A DNA stretch of 64,000 nucleotides from assembly GCA_965238075.1 (NCBI GenBank), contig OZ250173.1, positions 1,088,001-1,152,000 on the forward strand, given 5' to 3'. Under the pieces are notes generated by a model. The model was not told where the DNA came from, searched no databases, and saw only the letters and a list, made by a program, of their open reading frames with translations. How positions within the stretch are numbered: position 1 is the first letter of the stretch; each line of letters begins with the position of its first letter. Positions 9,063-18,199 of this stretch are shown in pieces. The position numbers and the translations under genes are program-made. Origin of the DNA: Candidatus Entotheonellaceae bacterium (GTDB lineage: Bacteria; Tectomicrobia; Entotheonellia; Entotheonellales; Entotheonellaceae).

Positions 9063-10004
9063 TTAAGGGTCTTGCCGTAGAGTTGCTACGTGTGTGGTCA
9101 CGCTGCGTCCCAGGGCTTCCACGTTGTAGCCGCCTTCGAGAACCGAGATGAGGCGGTTCCGGGAACAGGCGGCGGCGATTTCCTTGACCACCTCGGTCAT
9201 GCGCCGATATCCTGCCTCGCTCACTTGCATGTGGGCCAGGGGGTCGGCATAGTGGGCATCAAAACCGGCGGACACGAGTACGCAGTCGGGACGGTATGCC
9301 AGGGCGCGCGGCAGGATGGCCTGCTCGAAGACCGTCAGGTAGGCGTCGTCGCCGGTGCCGGCAGGCAGGGGGAAATTCAGGGTGTAGCCCGCGCCGCTGC
9401 CGGTACCGGTCTCGCTGCTGGCGCCGGTGCCGGGATAGAACGGATATTGATGCGTGCTGACGTACAGGACGCTCGCATCGGCCTCGAAAATATGTTGCGT
9501 GCCATTGCCGTGATGCACGTCCCAGTCGATGATCAGGATGTTGTCCAGCCCGTGCCGTTTCTGCAGGTAGCGCGCCAGGATGGCGACGTTATTGAACAGG
9601 CAGAACCCCATGGAACGGTGCGCTTCGGCGTGATGGCCGGGCGGCCGCACGGCGCAAAACGCCTGCGACACCTCGCCGCTCACCACGGCGTCGGCAGCGG
9701 CCAGGGTACCGGCAACCGCTTGCAGCGCGACGGTGTAGGAATCGCGGCTGACGATGGTATCGGGATCGAGCGCGGCACCGCCCTGCTGACTGGCCGCCTG
9801 CACCCGCTGCATCACCTCAGTCTCATGCACCTCGGCCACCCAGGCTTGCGGATCGTCGTCCCAGTCGAGATGCACGAGTTGCTGCGACTGGCCGCTGGCC
9901 TCCAGGGCCTGCATGACCGCTTCGAGCCGCCCGGCGTGTTCGGGATGATGCCCGCCGGGGTCGTGCTTCAGATAATCGGGATGGTAGACCAGACCAATGT
10001 CCAT
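9063..10004 (-). CDS. Histone deacetylase-family (Zn-dependent) amidohydrolase
   Basis: HPE, RPPGHHA, GFCLFNN, DWDVHHGNGTQ, SAGFDAH, LEGGY. Confidence 0.95.
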   Translation of the reverse strand: MDIGLVYHPDYLKHDPGGHHPEHAGRLEAVMQALEASGQSQQLVHLDWDDDPQAWVAEVHETEVMQRVQAASQQGGAALDPDTIVSRDSYTVALQAVAGTLAAADAVVSGEVSQAFCAVRPPGHHAEAHRSMGFCLFNNVAILARYLQKRHGLDNILIIDWDVHHGNGTQHIFEADASVLYVSTHQYPFYPGTGASSETGTGSGAGYTLNFPLPAGTGDDAYLTVFEQAILPRALAYRPDCVLVSAGFDAHYADPLAHMQVSEAGYRRMTEVVKEIAAACSRNRLISVLEGGYNVEALGRSVTTHVATLRQDP

Positions 10005-10120
10005 GATGTCCTCGGCTGTATTGGACTATTGAGAATGACGGGGGAAACAATGATGCGGGGGAGTATACTTGCCGAACCACCCAGCATCAACAGCCCCGCA
10101 TGGTTGGCGGTGCAAACGCC

Positions 10121-11155
10121 ATGAAGGCGATGATTCTGGCGGCGGGCCTGGGTACGCGCCTGCGGCCGCTGACCGACCGGTCGCCGAAGCCGCTATTGCC
10201 GCTCATGTTGGTCCCGATGGTGGGACACCTGCTGGCGCAACTACGCTGCCAGGGCGTGCGCGAGGTGGTGATCAACGGACACCATCTGGCGGACCAATTG
10301 GCCGCATGGCTTGGCGGTGGCGGCCGGTGGGGGGTACGCCTCAGCTTTGCTCCTGAGCCGGAAATTCTGGGAACCGCCGGCGCGCTCAAGAACGCAGAAT
10401 CGCTTTTGCACGGGGCGCCGTTTCTGGTCATCAACACCGACGTGCTGGCCGATTTCGACCTACAGGCGCTGTGGGCGTGGCATCGTGCCCGCGGGGCGCT
10501 GGTGACCATGGTCGTCAGACCCGACCCGGCGGCTCACGACTTTCGCCCCGTGGTGATTGATGAGCACGACCGGGTGCGGCGAATAAACGGCCGCCCGGAG
10601 GCGTGGGACGCCGGCCCGGGAGAGGAGGGGACGATTTTCACCGGCATTCAGATCGTCGAGCCGCAAGTGCTCGATGCCATCCCCGCCAACCGTTTCGTGA
10701 GCACGACCGCCGACACCTATCCGCGATTGCTGCAGGACGGTCAGGCGGTTTTTGCTTATCGCCACCACGGCTACTGGCTGGACGTGGGCGTGCCGGAGCG
10801 CTATCTGCAAGCGCATTGGGACCTGCTGGACGGCGCGCTGGGCACGTCATGGGAGGGCCGTTTGCCAGCCGGCAGCCGGGTGGTGCGCGGCACAGGTGAA
10901 CAGCGTATGGACGGTGCCATTCTTAACCCGCCCGTTGTGCTGGGCGCCGGCATGATGCTGGCTGCTGGTGTGCAGGTTGGCCCATACGCCGTGCTCGGTT
11001 CCGGGTGCCGTCTCGAGCTGAACGCCGAAGTGCGAGAAAGTGTCTTGGGTGACAACGTACATGTCGGCGCCGACGCTGCCCTGCGGCGTTGTATTCTGGG
11101 ACCAGGCGCGCGGGTACCGAGCGGGCAATCTCTTCAAGAGGAGTGCCTCGTATGA
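10121..11155 (+). CDS. Sugar-1-phosphate nucleotidyltransferase (MurU/GMPP-like) with C-terminal hexapeptide repeats
   Basis: KAMILAAGLGTRLRPLT..PKPL, GTAG, WLDVG; coupled to an AmgK-like kinase. Confidence 0.88.
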   Translation: MKAMILAAGLGTRLRPLTDRSPKPLLPLMLVPMVGHLLAQLRCQGVREVVINGHHLADQLAAWLGGGGRWGVRLSFAPEPEILGTAGALKNAESLLHGAPFLVINTDVLADFDLQALWAWHRARGALVTMVVRPDPAAHDFRPVVIDEHDRVRRINGRPEAWDAGPGEEGTIFTGIQIVEPQVLDAIPANRFVSTTADTYPRLLQDGQAVFAYRHHGYWLDVGVPERYLQAHWDLLDGALGTSWEGRLPAGSRVVRGTGEQRMDGAILNPPVVLGAGMMLAAGVQVGPYAVLGSGCRLELNAEVRESVLGDNVHVGADAALRRCILGPGARVPSGQSLQEECLV

Positions 11156-12198
11156 CCACCGGCAATCGGACTTTGACGTTTGAACGTTTACAGCCGTTCC
11201 TGTCCACCCTGCTGCCCGGTGCTTCCGAGAATCCTTCTTTCACGCCCCTGACGGCCGACGCCTCGATGCGTCGCTACTACCGGCTGCGCTGGGCGGCGCC
11301 CGCCACCGGTTACCCAGCCACCTGTGTGGTGATGCATTGCGACCCGTGGCCGCCGGAGGAATCGACGGACTTTCTGACCGTCGGGCGGCATCTGCGGGCC
11401 TGCGGCGTGCGTGTGCCGGAGGTTTACGGCGTGCAACCCGAAGCCGGGCTGATGTGCCTGGAGGATTACGGCGATCGAGGCCTGGCGGCACTATGGCAGC
11501 ATGGCGACCCGGAGGACCGCTTGCGTTGGGGCCGGCAAGCCGTGGACGAGCTCGTCAAGATGCACACTCGGGCGACGCAAACGCTCGATCCCGCATGCCC
11601 GGCTTTTCATCTGGCGTTCGACGTGGACAAGCTGACGAGTGAACTGCACTTCTTCCAAACGCATGCCGTCGTTGAGCTTTGGCAGCAATCCCTGGGGCCA
11701 AACGACTGCCGGACCTGGGACAACGCCTTCCATGCCCTGTGCGCACCGCTCGCCGCAGCCACGCGATTCTTCTGTCACCGGGATTACCACGGCTGGAATA
11801 TCATGGTGCACGACGGCTCCGTCGGCGTGCTCGACTTTCAGGACGCCCGCCTGGGGCCGCAACCTTACGATTTGGTATCGCTGCTCACCGACCGCGGCAC
11901 CGCCGACCTGCTCACTGCTGATGGCACGGCGGCATTGGTTGCTCACTATCTGGACAGGTGGCAGGCCGAAAGCGGCCAGACGGTGGACAAGGACGAGTTC
12001 GCGTGGTTGTTCGACATGGCTGCCGTGCAGCGCTGCCTCAAGGCCATCGGTACGTTTGCCGCCATGCACGTCGTCCACGACCGTCCGCAGTATCTGCCCT
12101 ACATCCCGCCGACGCTGGTCTATCTGCGGCCCTTGATACGACGCTACGAGCGTTTGCGACCCCTCGCCGACCTGCTGAGGCGATTTACGCCCCTGTAG
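11152..12198 (+). CDS. amgK: AmgK-like anomeric MurNAc/GlcNAc kinase (APH family)
   Basis: DASMRRYYR, LEDYGD, HRDYH..NIM, LDFQDA, YDLVSLL, QRCLKAIGTF. Confidence 0.85.
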   Translation: MTTGNRTLTFERLQPFLSTLLPGASENPSFTPLTADASMRRYYRLRWAAPATGYPATCVVMHCDPWPPEESTDFLTVGRHLRACGVRVPEVYGVQPEAGLMCLEDYGDRGLAALWQHGDPEDRLRWGRQAVDELVKMHTRATQTLDPACPAFHLAFDVDKLTSELHFFQTHAVVELWQQSLGPNDCRTWDNAFHALCAPLAAATRFFCHRDYHGWNIMVHDGSVGVLDFQDARLGPQPYDLVSLLTDRGTADLLTADGTAALVAHYLDRWQAESGQTVDKDEFAWLFDMAAVQRCLKAIGTFAAMHVVHDRPQYLPYIPPTLVYLRPLIRRYERLRPLADLLRRFTPL

Positions 12199-12230
12199 AG
12201 AGCGGGTCGCAGCGTCCGCGGGAGCCTGCC

Positions 12231-12962
12231 GTGCGAATCCTGCGCACCTTGTGCGATTTCATCCTGCCGCCGCGCTGTGTGGTATGCGAGGCGAGTACGT
12301 CGGGAACAAGTGATCCGTGGGTGTGCATGGGCTGTTGGACCACAGTCGAATTCGTGCGGCCGCCGGTCTGCGCGCAGTGCGGGACGCCGTTTGCCGCCCC
12401 GGTGAAAGGCATCGGCAGCACAACGCATCGCTGCGGCAAGTGCTTGCTCAGCCCGCCGCCCTACGAGCGGGCACGGGCCGTGGGGCTGTACGAGGGCACG
12501 TTGCGGAAGGTCATCCACGCCATGAAATACCGGCCCGTGTCCGGTCTCGTCCGGCCCCTGGCCGATTTGTTGAGCGGGCAATTCGCGGTCCATTGGGGCG
12601 GACGGATGCCCGATGCCCTGGTGCCCGTGCCGTTGCACCGGCTGCGGTTGCGCCAGCGCGAGTTCGATCAGGCTCTGGATCTGGCCAACGTCTTGGGCCA
12701 GGAGGTCGGGATTCCTGTGTGGCGTCAGGCGTTGATCCGGCGCACGCACACCCGGTCGCAGATCGGCCTGAGCGCCACCGAGCGCCGCCGCAACATTCGC
12801 GGGGCATTCCGGGTGCAACCGGGATGGTCCTGCGAGGGCAGGTCCCTGTTGCTGATCGACGACGTTTACACCACGGGGGCAACGGCGCAGGAGTGTGCCC
12901 GCGTGTTGAGGCGAGCCGGGGCAGCGCGTGTCGACGTGTACACCGTTGCCCGTGTCGGGTGA
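12231..12962 (+). CDS. comF: ComF-family protein (double zinc ribbon plus PRTase domain)
   Basis: Four CxxC motifs, VPVPLH, LLIDDVYTTGAT; GTG start inferred after GGAG. Confidence 0.9.
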   Translation: MRILRTLCDFILPPRCVVCEASTSGTSDPWVCMGCWTTVEFVRPPVCAQCGTPFAAPVKGIGSTTHRCGKCLLSPPPYERARAVGLYEGTLRKVIHAMKYRPVSGLVRPLADLLSGQFAVHWGGRMPDALVPVPLHRLRLRQREFDQALDLANVLGQEVGIPVWRQALIRRTHTRSQIGLSATERRRNIRGAFRVQPGWSCEGRSLLLIDDVYTTGATAQECARVLRRAGAARVDVYTVARVG

Positions 12963-13018
12963 ACTGCGAAAGGCAGGGTTGGGTGGATGCTGGGGTGCCG
13001 GGCGGGTCCATCGGGCCG

Positions 13019-13135
13019 TCAGCGGCTGTACTTGCGCTGGCCCTTGCTGACGCGCAGGCGGGCGCGCCGCAGCTTGGCTTTCAGCATGGCTTTCAAGCGG
13101 GCTGTTTTATTGCGTTTCTTCGTCGGCGTTTTCAT
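13019..13135 (-). CDS. 38-aa highly basic small protein (absent from the ORF track)
   Basis: ATG 13135 with GGGAG RBS; MKTPTKKRNKTARLKAMLKAKLRRARLRVSKGQRKYSR; fills an otherwise empty gap. Confidence 0.7.
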   Translation of the reverse strand: MKTPTKKRNKTARLKAMLKAKLRRARLRVSKGQRKYSR

Positions 13136-13173
13136 ATCTTGTTCTCCCACATCCTGACGGCGTTTGATGCCGC

Positions 13174-13527
13174 TTAAGCCGTGACGGTTTGAGTTTCTTC
13201 GGCCAGACGCCGCAGCGCACGCTTGCGCCTCTTAATGTCCAGTCGGGTGCGGTCCAAGTCGTTCGCATCGCCGGCCTCCAAAGCCTCATCGCGCGTGGCC
13301 TTCAAGGAGCGAATCTCCCTTTTGAGGACCGATTTGTCGCCGGAAATCTTCACCTGTGTCGCCCGCGCCGGCGTCGTCGCGTCGACGCCCAAAAATCCGG
13401 CCAGCGCCTCGACCAATTCGGCTTTGGACATGCCGCTGGCACCGTTAATGCCGCCGTGCTGCGTCGCTTCCTGACGCAACTTGACGACGGTCATCTTTTG
13501 CAGTTCCTGTAATGTCATCCCTGCCAC
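13174..13527 (-). CDS. Rho N-terminal-like domain protein with basic coiled-coil C-terminus
   Basis: LQKMTVVKLRQEA...SGMSKAELVEAL resembles Rho_N helix-extension-helix; start GTG 13527 or ATG 13518. Confidence 0.7.
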   Translation of the reverse strand: MAGMTLQELQKMTVVKLRQEATQHGGINGASGMSKAELVEALAGFLGVDATTPARATQVKISGDKSVLKREIRSLKATRDEALEAGDANDLDRTRLDIKRRKRALRRLAEETQTVTA

Positions 13528-13582
13528 TCCTTTGGCCTGTCATTCAAAAATTCCGATTCATACCATACATGGGGAGGGGCGA

Positions 13583-13611
13583 AATGTACCACACTTCCTG
13601 CTGCCCCTCAA
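13583..13611 (-). promoter_or_regulatory. Putative sigma70 promoter (extended -10)
   Basis: Minus strand TTGAGG-17 bp-TACATT preceded by TGn. Confidence 0.4.
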
Positions 13612-13714
13612 ACCCGCGCGGCATGCGGGAATTTGACGATTCCGCGTGCCGTCGTGTAGGCTTGCCGCCCGCTGCCGGACCGTACGTACCGGCTCCTCAC
13701 GCCCTGGAGATGGC

Positions 13715-14209
13715 ATGGCATTTTTCAACCTCATGCGCTGGATCCACATCCTGTCCATGATCGTCGTCCTGGGCGGCTACATCTTCCTCACCGCGTTCTG
13801 GCTACCGGTAATCAGGCGCAGCACCGAGGACGTACGCATCCGGGTGCACTTCCTGGCGCGTACCCTGCGGCCTTTCTTTACCGCCGTCGTGCTTGCCCTG
13901 ATGCTGCTGATCATGACGGGTGGTCTATACCTGCTGCCGCCGGCCTACCGGGCTTTTGGCGCCGGCGACGAGTTGGCCCTGGCGTCGTTTCATCTTGTCC
14001 TGATCCTCAAGCTGGCGTCCGTCTTCGTGGTGGCCTTTCTCGTGCCTATGCAGCTCTTCAGTATGGCCTTCCGCCTGACCCGCATGGACGCCGGCATCTA
14101 TCCCATGGATGCTGAGGTGGTTGACCGCGTTACCGGGCGCATGCAGGCCGTTTCCTACCTCATCATTGCCCTTCTGGTCGTGATCGTGGTGTTATCGACG
14201 CGGCTTTAG
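13715..14209 (+). CDS. Four-TM membrane protein (CopD/DUF4149-like)
   Basis: RWIHILSMIVVLGG first helix, TGG, LILKL; four hydrophobic segments; GGAG before ATG. Confidence 0.7.
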   Translation: MAFFNLMRWIHILSMIVVLGGYIFLTAFWLPVIRRSTEDVRIRVHFLARTLRPFFTAVVLALMLLIMTGGLYLLPPAYRAFGAGDELALASFHLVLILKLASVFVVAFLVPMQLFSMAFRLTRMDAGIYPMDAEVVDRVTGRMQAVSYLIIALLVVIVVLSTRL

Positions 14210-15578
14210 CGGCCGCGGCCAGAAGTTCCTCGCGGGTGTTGCGGGTGGGGTCGTCGAGCACCTTCTGCAACAGATCGTTCAGAATCCGTCCCATGCCTGG
14301 ACCGGGTGCAACGCCGATTTGCCGCAGGTCGTTGCCGTTAACCGCGAGGTCTTTGAGTCCCAAGGGCGAACCCCGCTCGATTTCGGCGCGAAGGCGCCGG
14401 CGCACGTTCAGCAGGTCATCAATCCCTTGAGGCGCGCGGTTGGCAAGGCGATCGGCCGCACGAAGATCGATCACCATGAACGCCTCGTTGCAGCCCAGCC
14501 TGTGGGCGAAATGGCGCAGGTCCCCCGCCTGAGCCAGAGCATCGACCTCAAAATCGCTCCCGGTGATCAAGGCGGCGACCAAAGCCGGCCGAACGCCAAT
14601 GGTGGTGGCGCGCAATGCTTCCAGGCGCTCTTGCGCCAGACCGGCGGCCCACCGCAACGGCGCTGGCCGTGCATCCGCGGGTTCGTCCTCGGCTGGCTGG
14701 CAATCAAGCCACAAAGCCGCCAGCGGTAGGTGCAGGTCGCCACGGCTGACCAGGTCGGCTCCTTGCTGCACGGCGTCGAGCCGCCGCATACTGCGCCCGA
14801 ACAGGCTGGTATCCAGCGGCGAATCCCCCTGCGATACCGCCGACCGGGCGTCGCGAATGGCTGTCAGGCGGTCGATCTCGGGAAACAGATGCGGCAGCAA
14901 GCCCACCTCGTGCATCAGAACAAAGCCGTGCGACGGCTTGGGCGCCTGGAAAAGTTTTTGCAATTCCATGGCAATCCGCTCAGGTGCCACGGTGCCGATC
15001 GAGGCGGCGTGTGCCGACATCGCCGACCGTGTTTCCGGCTCGACCCGAAGTCCGAAGCGGCTGGCAAATTGCACCCCGCGCAGCATGCGCAGGGGATCCT
15101 CGGGAAAGGCCAGCGGGCTGACCTGCCGCAGCAGACGCTGCTCCAGATCGGCGTGCCCGCCGAACGGGTCGATGAGGCGCTCTGCAAGCAGGTCAAGCGC
15201 CATCGCGTTGATCGTGAAATCGCGGCGCTCGAGGTCGGTTTCAACGGGCAGCGTATGATCGAAGGCCACCTCGAAATCCCGGTGGCCGACGCCGGTGGAG
15301 GTTTCAACCCGAGGCAGGGCGATGTCGATGGGCGAGCCGTCCCACTCGCGCGGCAGAAATTTGAGCACTCCGAAAGCCTGGCCGACGCGCTGCACCCGCC
15401 CGCGCCGCCGCAATAGGCGCATCAGATCGTTCTGGGGCAGCCCGGTGACCAGCAGATCGAGGTCTTTGTATGCCTTGCCCAGCAGGAAATCCCGCAGCGT
15501 GCCGCCCACCATGTAGACGCGCCCACCGGCTTCGCGGACGGCGTCTACGAGCGACACAACGGCGGGGTGCAGGTCCAT
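14163..15578 (-). CDS. cca: Class II tRNA nucleotidyltransferase (CCA- or A-adding enzyme)
   Basis: VGGTLRD, KDLDL, DLERRDFTINAMA, EDPLRMLR, ERIAMEL, C-terminal LAVNGNDL..G..PGP. Confidence 0.9.
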   Translation of the reverse strand: MDLHPAVVSLVDAVREAGGRVYMVGGTLRDFLLGKAYKDLDLLVTGLPQNDLMRLLRRRGRVQRVGQAFGVLKFLPREWDGSPIDIALPRVETSTGVGHRDFEVAFDHTLPVETDLERRDFTINAMALDLLAERLIDPFGGHADLEQRLLRQVSPLAFPEDPLRMLRGVQFASRFGLRVEPETRSAMSAHAASIGTVAPERIAMELQKLFQAPKPSHGFVLMHEVGLLPHLFPEIDRLTAIRDARSAVSQGDSPLDTSLFGRSMRRLDAVQQGADLVSRGDLHLPLAALWLDCQPAEDEPADARPAPLRWAAGLAQERLEALRATTIGVRPALVAALITGSDFEVDALAQAGDLRHFAHRLGCNEAFMVIDLRAADRLANRAPQGIDDLLNVRRRLRAEIERGSPLGLKDLAVNGNDLRQIGVAPGPGMGRILNDLLQKVLDDPTRNTREELLAAAAKAASITPRSRPEGQ

Positions 15579-15606
15579 GGTGCGGCGGCAGTCCTGTGAG
15601 GGGTAT

Positions 15607-15810
15607 TCAGCGAGATGGGTCGAGTACGGGATAGCGGCGGTACGTGATCTCTTTTTCGTCGGGGCTCAGCGTGCAGCGCTTTGCGAAGTCCTGCATGCTC
15701 TCGTGCAACAGCCCCTGGTGGGAGCGCCAGAAGCGCAGCGCCTTGCGCTTGGCTTCCAGGCGATTGCGGCCGGTAAATTTGAGGACTCCTTGCGGAGGCG
15801 TAAGGGTCAT
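15607..15810 (-). CDS. Hypothetical small basic protein (67 aa)
   Basis: AAGGAG RBS before ATG 15810; co-oriented just upstream of cca. Confidence 0.65.
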   Translation of the reverse strand: MTLTPPQGVLKFTGRNRLEAKRKALRFWRSHQGLLHESMQDFAKRCTLSPDEKEITYRRYPVLDPSR

Positions 15811-15837
15811 AGCGCATCTCCTTCGTGCTGTGGACAC

Positions 15838-15888
15838 AAAAAAGCCGAATCGCCTCCCTCATCTCGAACCTTGGGGAAGGCATCCGGC
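15838..15888 (-). terminator. Intrinsic terminator inside a 5' leader
   Basis: Minus strand GCCGGAT-GCCTTCC...GGGAGGC-G-ATTCGGC followed by TTTTTT, ending 27 nt before the start codon at 15810. Confidence 0.7.
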
Positions 15889-16097
15889 TGCTATGCACCC
15901 TTATTGAGGCAAACGGTCAGGGACGCTTCACCTCCTGATTCCCCACGCGGCACAGAGAGTTGGTGGCGATTCCAGGTAATCGACATGATCGAACAGGGTC
16001 GCCCGGTTCCATAAACCTCTTTCATGCTGGAGTGATGTGTGGGCATCGCGCATCGGCTTGTGCCGTCTCCAGTCGGTACCCGTTTGAGAGACGGGGG

Positions 16098-16126
16098 ACT
16101 ATACCCCTGTCCGCAGGACAGCGCAA
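16098..16126 (-). promoter_or_regulatory. Putative sigma70 promoter with palindrome in spacer
   Basis: Minus strand TTGCGC-17 bp-TATAGT; TGTCC-N3-GGACA at 16108-16120. Confidence 0.55.
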
Positions 16127-16326
16127 GCCAAATGCACCGCCTGGATTTTACTGCGGCTTCTATCCGTTCCTGACCACCTGCCATGGCCGGAGGTTCCTTG
16201 ATGATGCCGACGCCACCAGGTTATCGGTCACCTGCGCCTTGTGCCCGTCTACCAGGGCACCGCCCGTTTCAACCGTTGTCAATTCCGTTCTTTTCGCCGT
16301 CGCTATCGCTTCCTGTCCCTCCTGTA

Positions 16327-16355
16327 TTGACCCAGACAAGACAACTTCCTATAAA
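16327..16355 (+). promoter_or_regulatory. Putative sigma70 promoter of the TRAP binding protein gene
   Basis: TTGACC-17 bp-TATAAA. Confidence 0.6.
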
Positions 16356-16433
16356 TGTTATCTCATGGCATAGTAGGCACGCGTTGAAGCTGTGGAGACG
16401 ACGTTACCACTTGCACATCCAGGAGGTGTGGCC

Positions 16434-17555
16434 ATGAGGAAACGGGTTGCATTAACGATCGCGATGACTGCCGTTATCTATCTCGGACTCTTCGGTTCTC
16501 TAGCACAGGCCCAGGAGGTTACGCTGAAAATACAGGCCAGTTGGCCGTCCGGGCTGATGGCTTACGAGAACCTCAAGATGCTGGCCGAAACCGTGGAGAA
16601 GATATCCGCCGGCCGACTCAAGATTGAGCATCTTCCTGCTGGCGCGATCGTGGGCGCCTTTGAGGTTTTGGATGCCACGAACCGCGGCGTCATCGACGGC
16701 GGACACACGGCGGCGGCCTATTGGGTGGGCAAACATTTTGCCGCCGGCCTCTTTTGCTGCGCGCCCGGCGGCCCTTTCGGGATGGATCATCACGACTTCC
16801 TGGGCTGGATGTATGAAGGCGGCGGCTTGGAACTGTACCAGGAGCTCTACCAGGACGTGCTCAACATGCAAGTCGTGGCCTTTCCCATCCTGCCCATTGG
16901 TCCCCAGGCGCTGGGATGGTTCAAGGAAGTCATCCGCAGTTGGGACGACTTCAAGGGTTTGAAGTACCGCATCCCTGGCGTCGCAGCGGAAGTTTTCAAA
17001 GCGGCGGGCGTCAGCGTCGTCACCCTGCCGGGCGCCGAGATCCTGCCGGCGGCCGAGCGCGGCGTCATTGACGCGGCGGAGTGGGTAGGAGGCCTCGAGG
17101 ATATGAAGCTGGGCTTCCACAACGTGTGGAAAATCCACTATACGCCCAGCATGCACGAACCCGCCCCGATGGGGGAATTGTTGATCAACAAGGAAGTATG
17201 GGATGGTTTAGCGGAGGATATGCAAGAGATCATCAAAGTGGCGGCACTGGATACCGCTACCCGCTGGTTCGCTTGGTTCCATCGAAACAACGCCGAGGCC
17301 TATCAAGAACTGACGCAAAAACACGGCGTGCAGGTCTACAAGACGCCGGACGACATCATGCTCACCCTGCTGCAGTCGTGGGACAAGATCGCGGCTGAGG
17401 AGGCAGCCAAGGACCCCTTTTTCAAGAAGGTGATGGAATCGCAGCGGGAATACGCCTCACTGATCGTCCCCTACCGGCTGTCGACCTGGCCGCCCTATAG
17501 CTTTGCCGGCAACTATTACTGGAAGGATGCCGTGTTCGGCAAGACGCCGGAGTAA
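16434..17555 (+). CDS. TRAP transporter substrate-binding protein (DctP/TakP-like)
   Basis: Signal peptide, AYWVGK, QALGWF, GLKYRIPG, ERGVIDAAEW; AGGAGG RBS. Confidence 0.92.
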   Translation: MRKRVALTIAMTAVIYLGLFGSLAQAQEVTLKIQASWPSGLMAYENLKMLAETVEKISAGRLKIEHLPAGAIVGAFEVLDATNRGVIDGGHTAAAYWVGKHFAAGLFCCAPGGPFGMDHHDFLGWMYEGGGLELYQELYQDVLNMQVVAFPILPIGPQALGWFKEVIRSWDDFKGLKYRIPGVAAEVFKAAGVSVVTLPGAEILPAAERGVIDAAEWVGGLEDMKLGFHNVWKIHYTPSMHEPAPMGELLINKEVWDGLAEDMQEIIKVAALDTATRWFAWFHRNNAEAYQELTQKHGVQVYKTPDDIMLTLLQSWDKIAAEEAAKDPFFKKVMESQREYASLIVPYRLSTWPPYSFAGNYYWKDAVFGKTPE

Positions 17556-17670
17556 TCGCGAACACCTTCCGACTGCCTGGTGGTGGGAAGAAAATGTGGA
17601 TGGAAGCGCCGCGGAGGCAGGGCCCGGCGGCGCTCATCGAGCGCACCGTCGGCAGGCTGAGGAGCAGGTA

Positions 17671-17997
17671 ATGGCTGACGAGTACGTCAGGATGGAACAG
17701 TTCGGCGAGTTCGTGAAGCGCATAGACCAACGTTTTGACCATGCCAATGAGCTTGCCGACCAGCGTTACGACAGTATCAACCGGCGCTTTGCCGATGCCG
17801 AAAAGGCGCGGCAACAGAACCTTGTCCATATCAACCAGCGCTTCGACAGTTTGGAAAGGCCCATGGACCAGCTCCACGATCAACTCCATGCGGATATGCG
17901 CCAGATGCGCAACTGGTTGATGCGGCTTTATGGCCTGGTGGTCTTCGGCTTCATCGGAACCATTGTGCTGATCCTGTTCCAGGGCGTTTTCCAGTAA
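17671..17997 (+). CDS. Coiled-coil protein with C-terminal TM anchor (paralog of 53404..53771)
   Basis: GAGGAG RBS; heptad-like xDQRFD repeats; hydrophobic C-terminus. Confidence 0.75.
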   Translation: MADEYVRMEQFGEFVKRIDQRFDHANELADQRYDSINRRFADAEKARQQNLVHINQRFDSLERPMDQLHDQLHADMRQMRNWLMRLYGLVVFGFIGTIVLILFQGVFQ

Positions 17998-18096
17998 TCG
18001 CGGCATGAGGTGATCGTACTAACGGCGTCCGAGGAGCGCGGACGGCGACCCCAACATGGCCGTTATGCCCATGCCGTGCAAAGGCGAGCCGCCTGC

Positions 18097-18126
18097 TTGA
18101 CAACCCCGGCGAAACTCTAGTATTCG
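18097..18126 (+). promoter_or_regulatory. Possible promoter of the selenoprotein operon
   Basis: Perfect TTGACA at 18097; TAGTAT at 15-bp spacing (suboptimal). Confidence 0.4.
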
Positions 18127-18199
18127 TATGCTTTCCCGTGCCCTGGGCGGCACGATGCAATGGCAACAATCGGACGCAACGAGCAAAGGTGTGTGCGGA

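Noticed and set aside
15838-16100. Assignment of the leader to cobalamin, c-di-AMP, c-di-GMP, Moco or T-box classes
   Set aside because: Each shows only a short partial resemblance and lacks core elements such as the T-box UGGNACC bulge or the cobalamin GCxACTG; left unassigned
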